Positions 1-10,096 of a DNA stretch of 64,000 nt are shown in pieces; the stretch's first letter is position 1, and the number at the start of each line of letters is the position of its first letter. The DNA is from a virus. Taxonomy: Duplodnaviria; Heunggongvirae; Uroviricota; Caudoviricetes. The DNA lies in IMG/VR virus record IMGVR_UViG_3300014204_000107, positions 235,352 to 299,351 of that record; one strand, written 5' to 3'. Both the position numbers and the translations under genes were made by a program. A model generated the notes under the pieces. That model saw only the letters and a program-made list of their open reading frames with translations, had not been told where the DNA came from and searched no databases.

Positions 1-1
1 A

Positions 2-745
2 GGCGTAGATTCATCCAAATTTACTACTGCCGAAATAAAAGTAAAAATTAAACAGTTAGAAGATGATATAGAAGCATCAAAGAAAAGAAATGGGTCGGAT
101 GAATTCGTTCAAAGCAGGACTAAAATACTTAATAAATTTAAAGATGCATTAAATAAGACTAATGAATCAGTAGCAAGACCAAAAAGGAAATTTTTACGCG
201 AATCTATTGATTTTACCCAATTACAAAAAGGGCAACGATTTATCTTTACACATAAATATTCAGGCAAACAGCTTACTTTAGCCTATAAAGACGATGAAAT
301 ATATAGCGGACAAAAACTATATAATTTTAAAGATGTTGATACAAAACGTGAATATACAGATACAAAATATGGATTTAATGAAAAATATGATATAGATAAA
401 TTGCCGGATGCAGAAACTACAAGAAAAGGCGGAGGACCGAAAGGGCCAACTGGCGCAAGAGGACCACGCAAATATTATACTAATTTAAGTGATAAGTATG
501 CTAATAGATTAATTAAAGACTTTGTGCAACCATGGAAGTGGGAATTAGAACAATGGGGTGCAGAAGGTAGTGCTGATGCATTAAATGGTGGATTACCATA
601 TTCTAAAAAGCACTATTTAGATTCAATTAGGGGATTTTTTCAAGATAACGGCGGAAAGAGGGAAGATAGTATTTATATATGGATGAAAGCATCAGGAATC
701 GAAAACCCAGTGCAATATTTATTTGATGAAATGAGTTCAAGTTAA
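2..745 (+). CDS. Hypothetical protein, 5'-truncated by the window edge
   Basis: The frame of ORF 401..745 stays open back to position 2 (GVDSSKFTTAEIKVKIKQLEDD...KFLRESIDF...), so the TTG at 401 is probably not the real start. Confidence 0.75.
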   Translation, partial: GVDSSKFTTAEIKVKIKQLEDDIEASKKRNGSDEFVQSRTKILNKFKDALNKTNESVARPKRKFLRESIDFTQLQKGQRFIFTHKYSGKQLTLAYKDDEIYSGQKLYNFKDVDTKREYTDTKYGFNEKYDIDKLPDAETTRKGGGPKGPTGARGPRKYYTNLSDKYANRLIKDFVQPWKWELEQWGAEGSADALNGGLPYSKKHYLDSIRGFFQDNGGKREDSIYIWMKASGIENPVQYLFDEMSSS

Positions 746-756
746 TAGGAGAGTAT

Positions 757-1080
757 ATGACAAAGCAAGAATTAAAACAATTGATTAAAGAAGAGCTTAA
801 AATTGCTTTAAAAGAAAGCAAAATTGATTATCAAATATATCACGGATCATATTCTTCTGCAATACAAACTGCAATAGAATATGCTAAAAAACGAGGGTAT
901 GATGTAGACGAAGATGATATATGGAATAGAATATCTGTTGGGCCTGCGAAACCGCAGGATGGTAAAACAAATAGATTTAGTATTTCATTGATAAAAGATG
1001 GCAAAGAACAAAAGAAAACATTAAATATACAAATATATGGTATGGGTAATAAATATGAATTAAATTGCTATATTAGCTAA
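757..1080 (+). CDS. Small protein with ELKQLIKEE leader (putative virion-internal protein)
   Basis: AGGAG Shine-Dalgarno; N-terminus MTKQELKQLIKEELKIALKE matches the leader found on several other ORFs. Confidence 0.75.
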   Translation: MTKQELKQLIKEELKIALKESKIDYQIYHGSYSSAIQTAIEYAKKRGYDVDEDDIWNRISVGPAKPQDGKTNRFSISLIKDGKEQKKTLNIQIYGMGNKYELNCYIS

Positions 1081-1898
1081 TGTCAAGAAGACTTAAAAAT
1101 AAAACACCTGCAGCTGCCACACAAGAAGAAATTTTTACTGGCATTCAAACACTTGAAACAGAGGATAGGGCAACCCATATTCGAGAAGATGCAACAATAA
1201 AGCAAACACCTGATTTCACTGTTACTTTGCTTGATATAGATGAGGCAATTGAATATTATTTTAAAAATATAATCATACCAAAAGTAGAAGATAATGGCAG
1301 TATAATAGATGTACCAATAGTATATGGCACACCAGAAAAGTGGAAAGCAATGCAAAAAGATGGTTATTACCATGACCAGCAAGGTAAAGCATTAATACCA
1401 TTAATAATGTATCGTAGAAGCTCTATGCGGAAAAATAGAACTTTAACAAGAAGCCAAGACGCAAATAATCCAAGGTTACATTATTATTATGGTGCTATAT
1501 ATTCACCAAAAGATAGGTATGATAAATTTTCATTACTCAATGGCAGCCACCCACCTAAACAGCATAAAAAGGTAGTTGTGCCAGACTACGTGACCCTAGC
1601 ATATGACTGTATAATTTGGACTGACTATGTAGAACATATGAACAAAATACAAGAGGCAATTGAATATGCTGAAAGTTCATATTGGGGAGATAAAGAACGG
1701 TACCAATTTTTATGCACTATTACTGACTTTGCACAAGATTCATCGAGCAATGCAGGTGAAGATAGAACTATAAAATCTACGTTTACGATTAATTTACTTG
1801 GATATTTAGTACCAGACGCATTACAAAAAGAACTTACAAAACATTCCGGCTTAGATTTTTCTCTTTCAAAAATCATTTTTTCTGAAAATTTAAAATAG
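1080..1898 (+). CDS. T4 gp15-like tail terminator / sheath-stabiliser (neck) protein
   Basis: VPIVYGTPEKW...PLIMYRR pattern resembles gp15-like proteins; lies just upstream of the sheath gene. Confidence 0.6.
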   Translation: MSRRLKNKTPAAATQEEIFTGIQTLETEDRATHIREDATIKQTPDFTVTLLDIDEAIEYYFKNIIIPKVEDNGSIIDVPIVYGTPEKWKAMQKDGYYHDQQGKALIPLIMYRRSSMRKNRTLTRSQDANNPRLHYYYGAIYSPKDRYDKFSLLNGSHPPKQHKKVVVPDYVTLAYDCIIWTDYVEHMNKIQEAIEYAESSYWGDKERYQFLCTITDFAQDSSSNAGEDRTIKSTFTINLLGYLVPDALQKELTKHSGLDFSLSKIIFSENLK

Positions 1899-1952
1899 CT
1901 ATAAGCTGAGGGTTTCGAAATAACAAAATAACAATTTAACAGGAGGTTACAA

Positions 1953-2234
1953 ATGGAAAACAATGAAATTAAGTTCTCAACAGAAGAACTCGAAAAAATC
2001 AAACAATTACAAACACGGTCAGCAGAACTAACATACCAGTTAGGCCAAGCGGTCGCCCAATTAGAATTTGTAAATAAACAAATAGACCAGCTAATTATTA
2101 CTAAAGAACAAACAATTACTAATTTATTTGACTTACAAAAAGAAAGTGAAGAGTTCACAAAAACGCTTCAATCTAAATATGGAGATGGTCAATTAAATTT
2201 GGAAACCGGCACATTTAGAAAGTTCTCGACATAA
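1953..2234 (+). CDS. Small coiled-coil hypothetical protein
   Basis: AGGAGG SD; heptad-rich helix ending KYGDGQLNLETGTF. Confidence 0.7.
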   Translation: MENNEIKFSTEELEKIKQLQTRSAELTYQLGQAVAQLEFVNKQIDQLIITKEQTITNLFDLQKESEEFTKTLQSKYGDGQLNLETGTFRKFST

Positions 2235-2261
2235 ATATTTAGCTAAAATTCATTCTTGATT

Positions 2262-2294
2262 AAGTTTGCACTATATATTGGTAGCAAACTTTTT
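2262..2294 (+). terminator. Intrinsic terminator with a putative promoter box (CTATATAT) inside the hairpin
   Basis: AAGTTTGC(2262-69)/GCAAACTT(2284-91) stem followed by a T-tract; CTATATAT at 2271-78. Confidence 0.6.
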
Positions 2295-2352
2295 CTATGA
2301 TGGCATGCATCATAAATAATAAATGTTAATATTAACAAACAAGGAGAAATAA

Positions 2353-4779
2353 ATGGAAAAATTAATGTCGGCAGGCGTATTTACAAATGAATACGACCAA
2401 ACCTACCTCCCTACTGGTATCAGCAATATTGGAGCTGCTGTCGTAGGGCCTACGCCAAAAGGACGATCTTTTGTACCAACAAAAGTTACGTCAATGGTAG
2501 AGTACGAAACATTATATGGCAAGTCTGATGGAAATTCATATGTGCCTTATACTGTTGAAAATTATGTAGCAGCAGGCGGCTCAATTACGGTACAGAAAGT
2601 ATCATTGGATGCTGGATATCAAGTGGCAAGTCCAGGTGTATTTTTAATCCAATCAGCAAGTATAACTTATGGTGTAATGCATCCAACCCAAAATACACCG
2701 ACTGCTATGCCTACCACTGAAGCGACATTTACACCTATTTTAATAGATAGTGCAAGTGTTATTATAACTACAACTGGCAGTGGAATTGCATTAACAGGAT
2801 ATACTGCATCAGTAAATCCAGCAAAATCAAACTATATTGGTAAATTATTTGGTTCTAACCCAAAAGAGGGAACTGCAAACCCAAAATACATATATAATTA
2901 TATGTTATTTACTGACGCATTGACTGCACTTAATTCCTCGAGTTATAACAGTGCGAGTGTCGGATTATTTGGTTCTGGTTCTGTAACTCTTAATTTGATG
3001 TCGTCAAGTAATACAGTTACCCCAACACAAGCATGGAGAAGCGCACATACACCATGGGTTACATCACAGTATACTAATGGAACCAGTACTGAAAATTTAT
3101 TTAGAGTATGGCATTTAGGTGATGGTACTGCAACTAACAACGACATTAAAGTTTCTGTTGAAGATATTAAATTTGGTGGTGAAGTAGCAGGAACTGATTA
3201 TGGGCAATTTATTATAATTGTACGTGATATCACTGACACTGACAAACAGCAAAAAGTACTTGAACAATTTATTGTTAATTTAGACCCAACATCAGAACGC
3301 TATATTGCTAAAGTGATTGGTGATAAATATCCGTCAATTCAGACCATACAAACATCACAGGGACAAGTAACCAAAATTACTTTTACTGGTGACTATGATA
3401 ATAAATCTAAGTATATTAGAGTTGAAGTTACAACTAATGTGAAAAATGCACAGATTGACCCAACATTGGTTCCGTTTGGTCACGCTGCATATGTACAACC
3501 GATATCGGGTAGTATTACATTACCAATAATGCCATTGATTACAACCCAATCATATAATAGTCTTTATACACCGTTAGTTCATTTTGGTGCAGACTATACG
3601 ACTGTTGATGCATATAACTATTTTAAACCATTACCACTTGGTGCTGGTGTAGGTAGTAATGCTGCATTTAGTTTATACCAATGTTTAGTACATGCGTCAG
3701 CTCCCTATACAACCTATGCTGGTATGAATATTGGTGCTATTGCAACTGGTTCTTATGGATTTACTTCAATACCAGCTACTTGCCGTAAATTTACATTAGG
3801 TTTACAAGATGGTTTTGATGGCATGAACCCAGCACAACCAAGAAACATGGACACTGCTATCACTTTGGCAAATATGAATGGTCTTGATTTAACATCAATT
3901 ACATCAACTGGTGCAGCGGCATATACAAGAGCAATTGATATTTTAGCAAATGCAGACGATTACGATATTAATTTATTAGTAACTCCAGGTGTTGTTGATA
4001 ATATAAGTGGTACGACAACTTCAAACGGCCATACTGCAGTAGTAAACTATGCTGTACAAATGGCAGAAGCACGTGAAGACTTAATGTACATATTTGACCC
4101 ATGCGGATTTAGTGGTGACTTAACAACAGTTGCTCCATCAGCAGCACAATATGATACAAATTATGCAGCAGCATATTATCCTTGGATAAAAATTTATGAC
4201 AGAAACTTAACAAAATATGTTTGGGTTCCAGCAACTACATTAGTAGCAGGAGCAATTGCATATAATGATAAGGTTGGTTATGAATGGTATGCACCTGCAG
4301 GTTTAAATCGTGGTGGTTTAACAAGCGCAGTAGATGTTAATTACAGACTTTCAAAGAAAGAACGTGATGACATTTATGAAGCACGCGTTAACCCTATTGC
4401 ATCATTTAAAGAAGGTATTGTTATTTGGGGACAAAAAACATTACAATCTAAACAAAGTGCGCTTGATAGAGTTAATGTTCGTAGGTTATTAATTGCAGCC
4501 AAGAAATATATTGCTTCGGCAACTAAATATTTGGTTTTCGAACCGAATGTAAGCGCTACGCGCAACAAATTCTTAGCTCTTGCTAATCCATACTTTGATT
4601 CAATCCAACAGAGAAATGGACTTTATGCATTTAAAGTAAAAATGGATGAAGAAAATAACACTAATGAAATGATTGACAGATTAATATTATTTGGTCAAAT
4701 CTGGCTACAGCCTACTAAAGCTGCAGAATATATCATATTGGATTTTAATATCACACCTTCTGGGGCAGTTTTCAGTTAA
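2353..4779 (+). CDS. Contractile tail sheath protein (gp18-like)
   Basis: N-terminal SAGVFTNEYD...GAAVVGPTPKG; C-terminal YYPW, WYAPAGLNRG, NPI, WGQKTLQ...SALDRVNVRRLL, QPTKAAEYIILDF sheath motifs. Confidence 0.95.
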   Translation: MEKLMSAGVFTNEYDQTYLPTGISNIGAAVVGPTPKGRSFVPTKVTSMVEYETLYGKSDGNSYVPYTVENYVAAGGSITVQKVSLDAGYQVASPGVFLIQSASITYGVMHPTQNTPTAMPTTEATFTPILIDSASVIITTTGSGIALTGYTASVNPAKSNYIGKLFGSNPKEGTANPKYIYNYMLFTDALTALNSSSYNSASVGLFGSGSVTLNLMSSSNTVTPTQAWRSAHTPWVTSQYTNGTSTENLFRVWHLGDGTATNNDIKVSVEDIKFGGEVAGTDYGQFIIIVRDITDTDKQQKVLEQFIVNLDPTSERYIAKVIGDKYPSIQTIQTSQGQVTKITFTGDYDNKSKYIRVEVTTNVKNAQIDPTLVPFGHAAYVQPISGSITLPIMPLITTQSYNSLYTPLVHFGADYTTVDAYNYFKPLPLGAGVGSNAAFSLYQCLVHASAPYTTYAGMNIGAIATGSYGFTSIPATCRKFTLGLQDGFDGMNPAQPRNMDTAITLANMNGLDLTSITSTGAAAYTRAIDILANADDYDINLLVTPGVVDNISGTTTSNGHTAVVNYAVQMAEAREDLMYIFDPCGFSGDLTTVAPSAAQYDTNYAAAYYPWIKIYDRNLTKYVWVPATTLVAGAIAYNDKVGYEWYAPAGLNRGGLTSAVDVNYRLSKKERDDIYEARVNPIASFKEGIVIWGQKTLQSKQSALDRVNVRRLLIAAKKYIASATKYLVFEPNVSATRNKFLALANPYFDSIQQRNGLYAFKVKMDEENNTNEMIDRLILFGQIWLQPTKAAEYIILDFNITPSGAVFS

Positions 4780-4815
4780 TAAATAATTATTTTAATGCTT
4801 ATTTAGCAATATTAG

Positions 4816-4848
4816 GAGGGAATAAAGAAATTTATTCCCTCTTTTTTT
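4816..4848 (+). terminator. Rho-independent terminator after sheath gene
   Basis: GAGGGAATAAA-GAAA-TTTATTCCCTC perfect 11-bp stem, then T7. Confidence 0.9.
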
Positions 4849-4904
4849 GATTATTTAATTATTGTGCCATATTTATTACTATAAACTAAATTTAGGGGAA
4901 TAAT

Positions 4905-6173
4905 ATGGAAAGTTTAAAATGTAAATATTGCGGAAAAGAATTAAAAAAAGGATTAAAATCATTTTGTAACCGTGAATGTTCAAGCAAATTTCAAAATAAG
5001 CAAGTAACAAAAATTTGTTTAGAATGCGGAAAAGAATTTGTAGTTGGATTAAATAGAGCAAATGCTGCTAAATATTGTTCATATGAATGTAAAGGCAAAG
5101 CAAAAATAAAAGAAACGCATGAAATTAGAATATGTAAAGTATGTGGCAAAGAATTTAATGAATATAAAAATAAAAAAAGAGAGATATGTAGTGACAATTG
5201 CAGGAAAGAATGGAATGCAAAATCAGAAAATAAAATTGCTAGGTTGGCAGCTACTGAGCAAGGTATTATTAAGAAATACGGAGTTAAAAGAGTTACAATG
5301 TTACCCCAATTTAAAGATAAAGTTAATAATACAAAACGCGTAAAGTATGGTGATAAATTGGAACAAATAGTTAAAAAAGGCAAAAAAACTAAATTAGAAA
5401 ATCATGGGAATGAAAATTATAACAATATAGAACAAGGTCGCAAAACTAAATTAGAAAACCACGGAGACGAAAACTATAATAATCGCCCAAAATTTAACGA
5501 AACTATGCAAGAATTATATGGTGTTGATTGGGCCATGCAGTCAGAAGAATTAAGACAACGAGCAATTAATACTTGGTTAATTAAATATGATGCTAATAAT
5601 CCAATGCAAAATGCAAATGTAATATTATCTGTTAAAAATACAAAAGATATAAAATATGGCGATTCTGGTTATAATAATTTTAATAAAACCAGGAAAACTA
5701 AAAAATTAAAATATAATGATGAATATTATAACAATTCAAAGAAAACACAACAAACGTTGATGAATTTATATGGTGTTAATAATGCATTTTTGATAAGAAA
5801 CGTAAAATCAAATGGTATATTAATATCAAAACCACAAAAAAGAGTATATGAAGCAGCGTTATCAGCATATAAATCAGCATTATTGGAAGAATTTTTAAAA
5901 GATGTAATGCACAGTGTTGATATTTACATTCCAGAATTGCATACTATTATTGAAGTATATGGTGATTATTGGCATTGCAATCCAAAAATGTTTGATTCTA
6001 CTTATTATCATAGCCAATTACATATGACTGCACAAGAACGATGGGATAGTGATGCAATACGAATAAAGAAGTTTACAGATAGCGGATATAAAGTTATTGT
6101 ATTGTGGGAGCGTGATATTAAAAGATATAAGAAAAAAGGTGCGTTAGTAGAATATATTAAAAAGATGCTATAA
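4905..6173 (+). CDS. Free-standing homing-endonuclease-like protein (Zn-ribbon repeats + KYG repeats + Vsr/DUF559-like nuclease)
   Basis: Three CxxCGK..(F/Y/I)C(N/S)xxC repeats; 19-aa tandem repeat KTKLENHGxENYNN (5385, 5442); C-terminal VDIY...IIEVYGDYWH...GYKVIVLWE. Confidence 0.75.
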   Translation: MESLKCKYCGKELKKGLKSFCNRECSSKFQNKQVTKICLECGKEFVVGLNRANAAKYCSYECKGKAKIKETHEIRICKVCGKEFNEYKNKKREICSDNCRKEWNAKSENKIARLAATEQGIIKKYGVKRVTMLPQFKDKVNNTKRVKYGDKLEQIVKKGKKTKLENHGNENYNNIEQGRKTKLENHGDENYNNRPKFNETMQELYGVDWAMQSEELRQRAINTWLIKYDANNPMQNANVILSVKNTKDIKYGDSGYNNFNKTRKTKKLKYNDEYYNNSKKTQQTLMNLYGVNNAFLIRNVKSNGILISKPQKRVYEAALSAYKSALLEEFLKDVMHSVDIYIPELHTIIEVYGDYWHCNPKMFDSTYYHSQLHMTAQERWDSDAIRIKKFTDSGYKVIVLWERDIKRYKKKGALVEYIKKML

Positions 6174-6228
6174 TTTTTTTTGATTAATATATATTAGAAA
6201 GACATTAAAATAACTCAAAGGAGATATT

Positions 6229-6462
6229 ATGAATAAGTTAGAACTGAAGCAATTAATTAAAGAGGAAATAAAACTTTCTTTAAAAGAAAATATGTCCATG
6301 TCTGCTTACGGAAAGCATAAAACACAGTCAATTAGTATTACGAGATGGGAAGAAATATTGAGAGATTTGGCATATAATTTTAGAATTAAATATGGTGCAT
6401 CTGAAATGGAATCATATTCTTTTAAAGAATGGATGAATCTTTTTTTAAGTGAAATTAAATAA
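6229..6462 (+). CDS. Small protein with ELKQLIKEE leader
   Basis: AAGGAG SD; MNKLELKQLIKEEIKLSLKE. Confidence 0.7.
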   Translation: MNKLELKQLIKEEIKLSLKENMSMSAYGKHKTQSISITRWEEILRDLAYNFRIKYGASEMESYSFKEWMNLFLSEIK

Positions 6463-6481
6463 AACGTGAGTCTGGTATAAT

Positions 6482-6511
6482 AAAAAAGAGCAAAATGATT
6501 TGCTCTTTTTT
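6482..6511. terminator. Bidirectional-type intrinsic terminator
   Basis: AAAAAAGAGCAAA-ATGA-TTTGCTCTTTTTT inverted repeat. Confidence 0.85.
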
Positions 6512-6555
6512 ATGAAAAAATGTATATTCATATATTTATTATAAAGTAGTAAATT

Positions 6556-6864
6556 ATGGGATATGTATATTTAATAGAGGCGTCAGATAATAATCAAACC
6601 ATATATAAAATTGGATATACCAAGCATAAATTTAAAAGTAGAATACAAGGATTGAATACTGGCACAGCTGCCGATTTAAAAGAATTATATAAATTTGAAA
6701 CAAAATATGGTAGATTGCTTGAAACATCTATGCATAATTTTTTAAAACATAAGCAAGTTAAGCGAGAATGGTTTGATTTAGACATTAATGATGTAATTAA
6801 TTTTTTGCCGATGTGTAAGAAGATTGAAAATAATTTAGATATAATATCGAGGAATATAGCATGA
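6556..6864 (+). CDS. GIY-YIG superfamily protein (T5orf172/MUG113-like)
   Basis: GYVYLI...YKIGYT...RIQGLNTG...LE..MH...REWF motif series. Confidence 0.85.
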   Translation: MGYVYLIEASDNNQTIYKIGYTKHKFKSRIQGLNTGTAADLKELYKFETKYGRLLETSMHNFLKHKQVKREWFDLDINDVINFLPMCKKIENNLDIISRNIA

Positions 6865-7631
6865 ATAAAATGGAATTAGTTCAATTAATTAGAGAATGCA
6901 TTAATGAAGAAATATCTAAATTTAAAGGTAATACAATTCGCTTAACTGAAGGTGGCAACGTATTTAAAAATGCTGATAATACTCCTGCGACAACAAGAAT
7001 TAATAAAGAAGATGTACTGCCGACTATTAAATGGTTGGAAAGTATAACAGGGTTGCCATTAGTAAATAATACACTTGGTAGTACTGGCATAGCTGCTCAA
7101 TCTGGAGATTTAGACCTGGCAGTTGACGTTAATAAAATATCTAAACAAGAATTAGAAACTATTTTAAAACAATGGACTGCTAAAAATGGGCTTGATCATA
7201 GACTATTTATAAAAAAGACTGGTGATTCTGTGCATTTTAAAACACCAATTGTTGGAAAAACAGGAGAATATGTGCAGACAGATTTCATGTTTAGTGATAA
7301 TTTAGAATTTACGAAATGGCGTATGCGAGGCACGAGCCCAACATCAAAATACAAAGCACAACATAGAAATATATTAATATCGAGCATAGCAACATCATTA
7401 GGACTTAAATGGTCATATTTTAATGGTTTGGTAAGTAGAGAATCTGGTAAAGTAATAACAGATAACCCAGATGAAATAGCTGAAATATTATTAGGCCCCG
7501 GGCATACTGATAAAGATTTAATATCTGTTGAATCCGTATTAGATGCAATTAAAGACTTGCCGAATAGGGATAAATTAATTGCAGACGCTAAAGAAACATT
7601 AAGTAGATTATATAATGTAAATATTGAATAG
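6861..7631 (+). CDS. Pol-beta-superfamily nucleotidyltransferase-like protein with leader
   Basis: LGSTG...SGDLDLAVD (GS...DxD) and a third acidic residue in VQTDFM; leader MNKMELVQLIRECINEE...RLTE/GG. Confidence 0.7.
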   Translation: MNKMELVQLIRECINEEISKFKGNTIRLTEGGNVFKNADNTPATTRINKEDVLPTIKWLESITGLPLVNNTLGSTGIAAQSGDLDLAVDVNKISKQELETILKQWTAKNGLDHRLFIKKTGDSVHFKTPIVGKTGEYVQTDFMFSDNLEFTKWRMRGTSPTSKYKAQHRNILISSIATSLGLKWSYFNGLVSRESGKVITDNPDEIAEILLGPGHTDKDLISVESVLDAIKDLPNRDKLIADAKETLSRLYNVNIE

Positions 7632-7635
7632 TGGT

Positions 7636-7986
7636 ATGAAATTAAGTGAATTAAGGCAGTTAATTAGAGAATGCACTAATGAGGTATTATCGGAAAAAAT
7701 TAGTGATAGAATATATAGTAAAGAGGGCCTTATTGCTAGCAGAACTATACCACAAGAAATGAAAGATAAAATATTGCCATATGTTACATCACAATCATAT
7801 TATATGAATAAAAAGATGTTTGATCTTGCAATACCTAAAATTAAAGGAAAAAGTTTCAATGGCGTGGACATTGGTGCTGATAAAGATGGTTTTTTTGTAT
7901 TTACACATCGCGCAAGATCTAAATCTTATTCTACTATTGCAGACATTCCTAATAAAGATATAAAATTTATAGAAAGCACAGGTTGA
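7636..7986 (+). CDS. Hypothetical protein with leader
   Basis: ATG at 7636 gives MKLSELRQLIRECTNEVLSE; preferred over the TTG at 7624. Confidence 0.7.
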   Translation: MKLSELRQLIRECTNEVLSEKISDRIYSKEGLIASRTIPQEMKDKILPYVTSQSYYMNKKMFDLAIPKIKGKSFNGVDIGADKDGFFVFTHRARSKSYSTIADIPNKDIKFIESTG

Positions 7987-7987
7987 T

Positions 7988-8962
7988 ATGAAATTAAGCG
8001 AACTCAAACAGTTAATTAGAGAATCTATCAAAGAATACCACGAAGACGCAATATCTGATAGTGAAGAATATCTATATACTGGTGCTTCACAAATAACAAA
8101 TGCTGGTGATGGATTATTTACTGCAATCGATATATACAAAGGAGAAATAATTAGTGAATTTAAAGGTGAAGTTCTTACTTATCAGCAATCATTAGAAAGA
8201 AAAAAAGAAAGTGGTGATGATTATTTTATGGATTTGCCGAATGGCAAGGTATTAGATTGTAAAAGAACAAATGGATTTGCTAAATATGCTAATGATGCAG
8301 AAGGTTTTGGTGCAGGACCACATAAAAATAATGCAAGAATTGAATTAGTATATGCTAAAGTTTGCTTGGTTGCTACAAAAAATATAAAAGCAAACAGTGA
8401 AATATTTGTTGGATATGGCAAGAATTATTGGAATAATTTTAAAACAAAACATGCTATGACGGAAGAAGTAAACAATGAATTACCCAAATTAGTTTTATTA
8501 GTTGGCATCCCAGGCAGTGGTAAATCTACTTGGATTAATAGTAATAAACCAAAATGGAAAAATACAATAGTAATATCGCCAGATAATATAAGAAGAACAA
8601 TGCTTGGTGATGTTAGTTCGCAGGCAGATAATAAAGCAGTTTTTGATATGGCAAAGAATAATACAATAGACGCATTAAAGAAAGGTACTAATGTAGTATT
8701 AGATGCAACGAATGTAAATACTCAATTACGAAAAAATTGGGTTAATAGTGCGCAAAGTCAAGTTAATTGCAAATTACAAGCTAAATTATTTTGGGTAGAT
8801 AAAGAAAAGGCATATCAAAGAATATCTAGGGATATTGTAAATAAAGTTGATAGGGCAAACGTACCAAAAGAAAATATAGATGTAATGTATATTCAGTTTC
8901 TGCAATCTGTAAAACATTTAAAAAGTGAAGGATATGAAATTATTAGAGATTATTTAGAATAA
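7988..8962 (+). CDS. Leader + SET-domain methyltransferase + PNK/AAA_33-like P-loop kinase fusion
   Basis: SET motifs AGDGLFT, AKYANDA...NNA, ATKNIKANSEIFVGYG..YW; kinase motifs LLVGIPGSGKSTW, SPDNIRR, VVLDATN. Confidence 0.85.
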   Translation: MKLSELKQLIRESIKEYHEDAISDSEEYLYTGASQITNAGDGLFTAIDIYKGEIISEFKGEVLTYQQSLERKKESGDDYFMDLPNGKVLDCKRTNGFAKYANDAEGFGAGPHKNNARIELVYAKVCLVATKNIKANSEIFVGYGKNYWNNFKTKHAMTEEVNNELPKLVLLVGIPGSGKSTWINSNKPKWKNTIVISPDNIRRTMLGDVSSQADNKAVFDMAKNNTIDALKKGTNVVLDATNVNTQLRKNWVNSAQSQVNCKLQAKLFWVDKEKAYQRISRDIVNKVDRANVPKENIDVMYIQFLQSVKHLKSEGYEIIRDYLE

Positions 8963-9040
8963 AAATCAGCTAAAAAAAGAAGAGAAAAAATATTAACGAC
9001 TATATATAAGCAGTAACATAAAATATAAAATGGAGAAAAC

Positions 9041-9424
9041 ATGATGAAACGAAATACCAATGATACGTTTGATTATTATTTAGGAATAACTTCTGGCTCA
9101 ACGTATGCACCATATAAACAATATACTTGTTTATTAGATGTGAGTTCAGTATTTACTTCATCTGCAACGGTATTAAATAATACATTAGGATCTACTGTAG
9201 CTTGGTCGTATGATGCACCAAATGCTGCTCTTTTAGCAATTGCAGCAAATAAATTTACGGCAAATAAAACATGGATTTTAACTGGCCCGGCCGTAGCAAC
9301 AGGTTCAACGGCAGCATCATCTTCTGTTCATGTTATTGGTATTTGGGTTAACGCAAGTACTTGTAGTTTTTCAGCAAGTGCAGTACCATTTATTAAATCA
9401 CCTATTGAAATAAGGGTGTACTAA
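9041..9424 (+). CDS. Ser/Thr/Ala-rich beta-strand protein, possibly structural
   Basis: GGAG SD, upstream CTATATAT box; composition only, no family recognised. Confidence 0.6.
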   Translation: MMKRNTNDTFDYYLGITSGSTYAPYKQYTCLLDVSSVFTSSATVLNNTLGSTVAWSYDAPNAALLAIAANKFTANKTWILTGPAVATGSTAASSSVHVIGIWVNASTCSFSASAVPFIKSPIEIRVY

Positions 9425-9508
9425 AAATAATTTAAAAAATATGTCTTTTTTTATTATGTAATATATATAATAGAAGCAAAGATAACAATAAATAAAAGGA
9501 GATGCTAA

Positions 9509-10000
9509 ATGGCACAATTAATTTCCCCAAACGAAATTTTCTTCACTAATTTTGAACCTAAGGTTAAATTCCGTTTCATCATGTATGTAGATGGCATTCC
9601 GGCATATCTTATCAGAAAAATAGATAGACCAAAAATTGAATCCCAAGAGATTGAATTACCGCACATCAATGTACAAAGATGGGTTAAAGGTAAATCAAAA
9701 TGGAGTGAAATTACAATGGAACTCTATGACCCAATTGTACCTTCTGGCGCGCAAATTGTAATGGAATGGATACGATTAGGCCACGAATCAGTAACCGGCC
9801 GCGATGGTTATTCCGATTTCTATAAGAAAGATGTAACTATTAATGTACTTGGCCCCGTCGGTGATAAAGTAGAAGAATGGATTTTAAAGGGAGCCTGGGC
9901 CAAAACATTTGACGGCGGTGACTTAGATTGGGCCGATGAATCTACATTTGTAGGTATCACTTGTACAATAAGATATGACTACGCACTGCTAAACTACTAG
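9509..10000 (+). CDS. Tail tube protein (gp19-like)
   Basis: FEPKVKFRF, KGKSKWSEITMELYDP, WI, YKKD, VEEWILKGAW, LDW, IRYDY motifs. Confidence 0.92.
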   Translation: MAQLISPNEIFFTNFEPKVKFRFIMYVDGIPAYLIRKIDRPKIESQEIELPHINVQRWVKGKSKWSEITMELYDPIVPSGAQIVMEWIRLGHESVTGRDGYSDFYKKDVTINVLGPVGDKVEEWILKGAWAKTFDGGDLDWADESTFVGITCTIRYDYALLNY

Positions 10001-10096
10001 ATTTTATGCTATAGTAGCACTATTTAGATTAATACGCAATATTAGCAATGGTTTTTAGTGAAGTAATTCATTAAGAACATTTCTATATATATTGGT

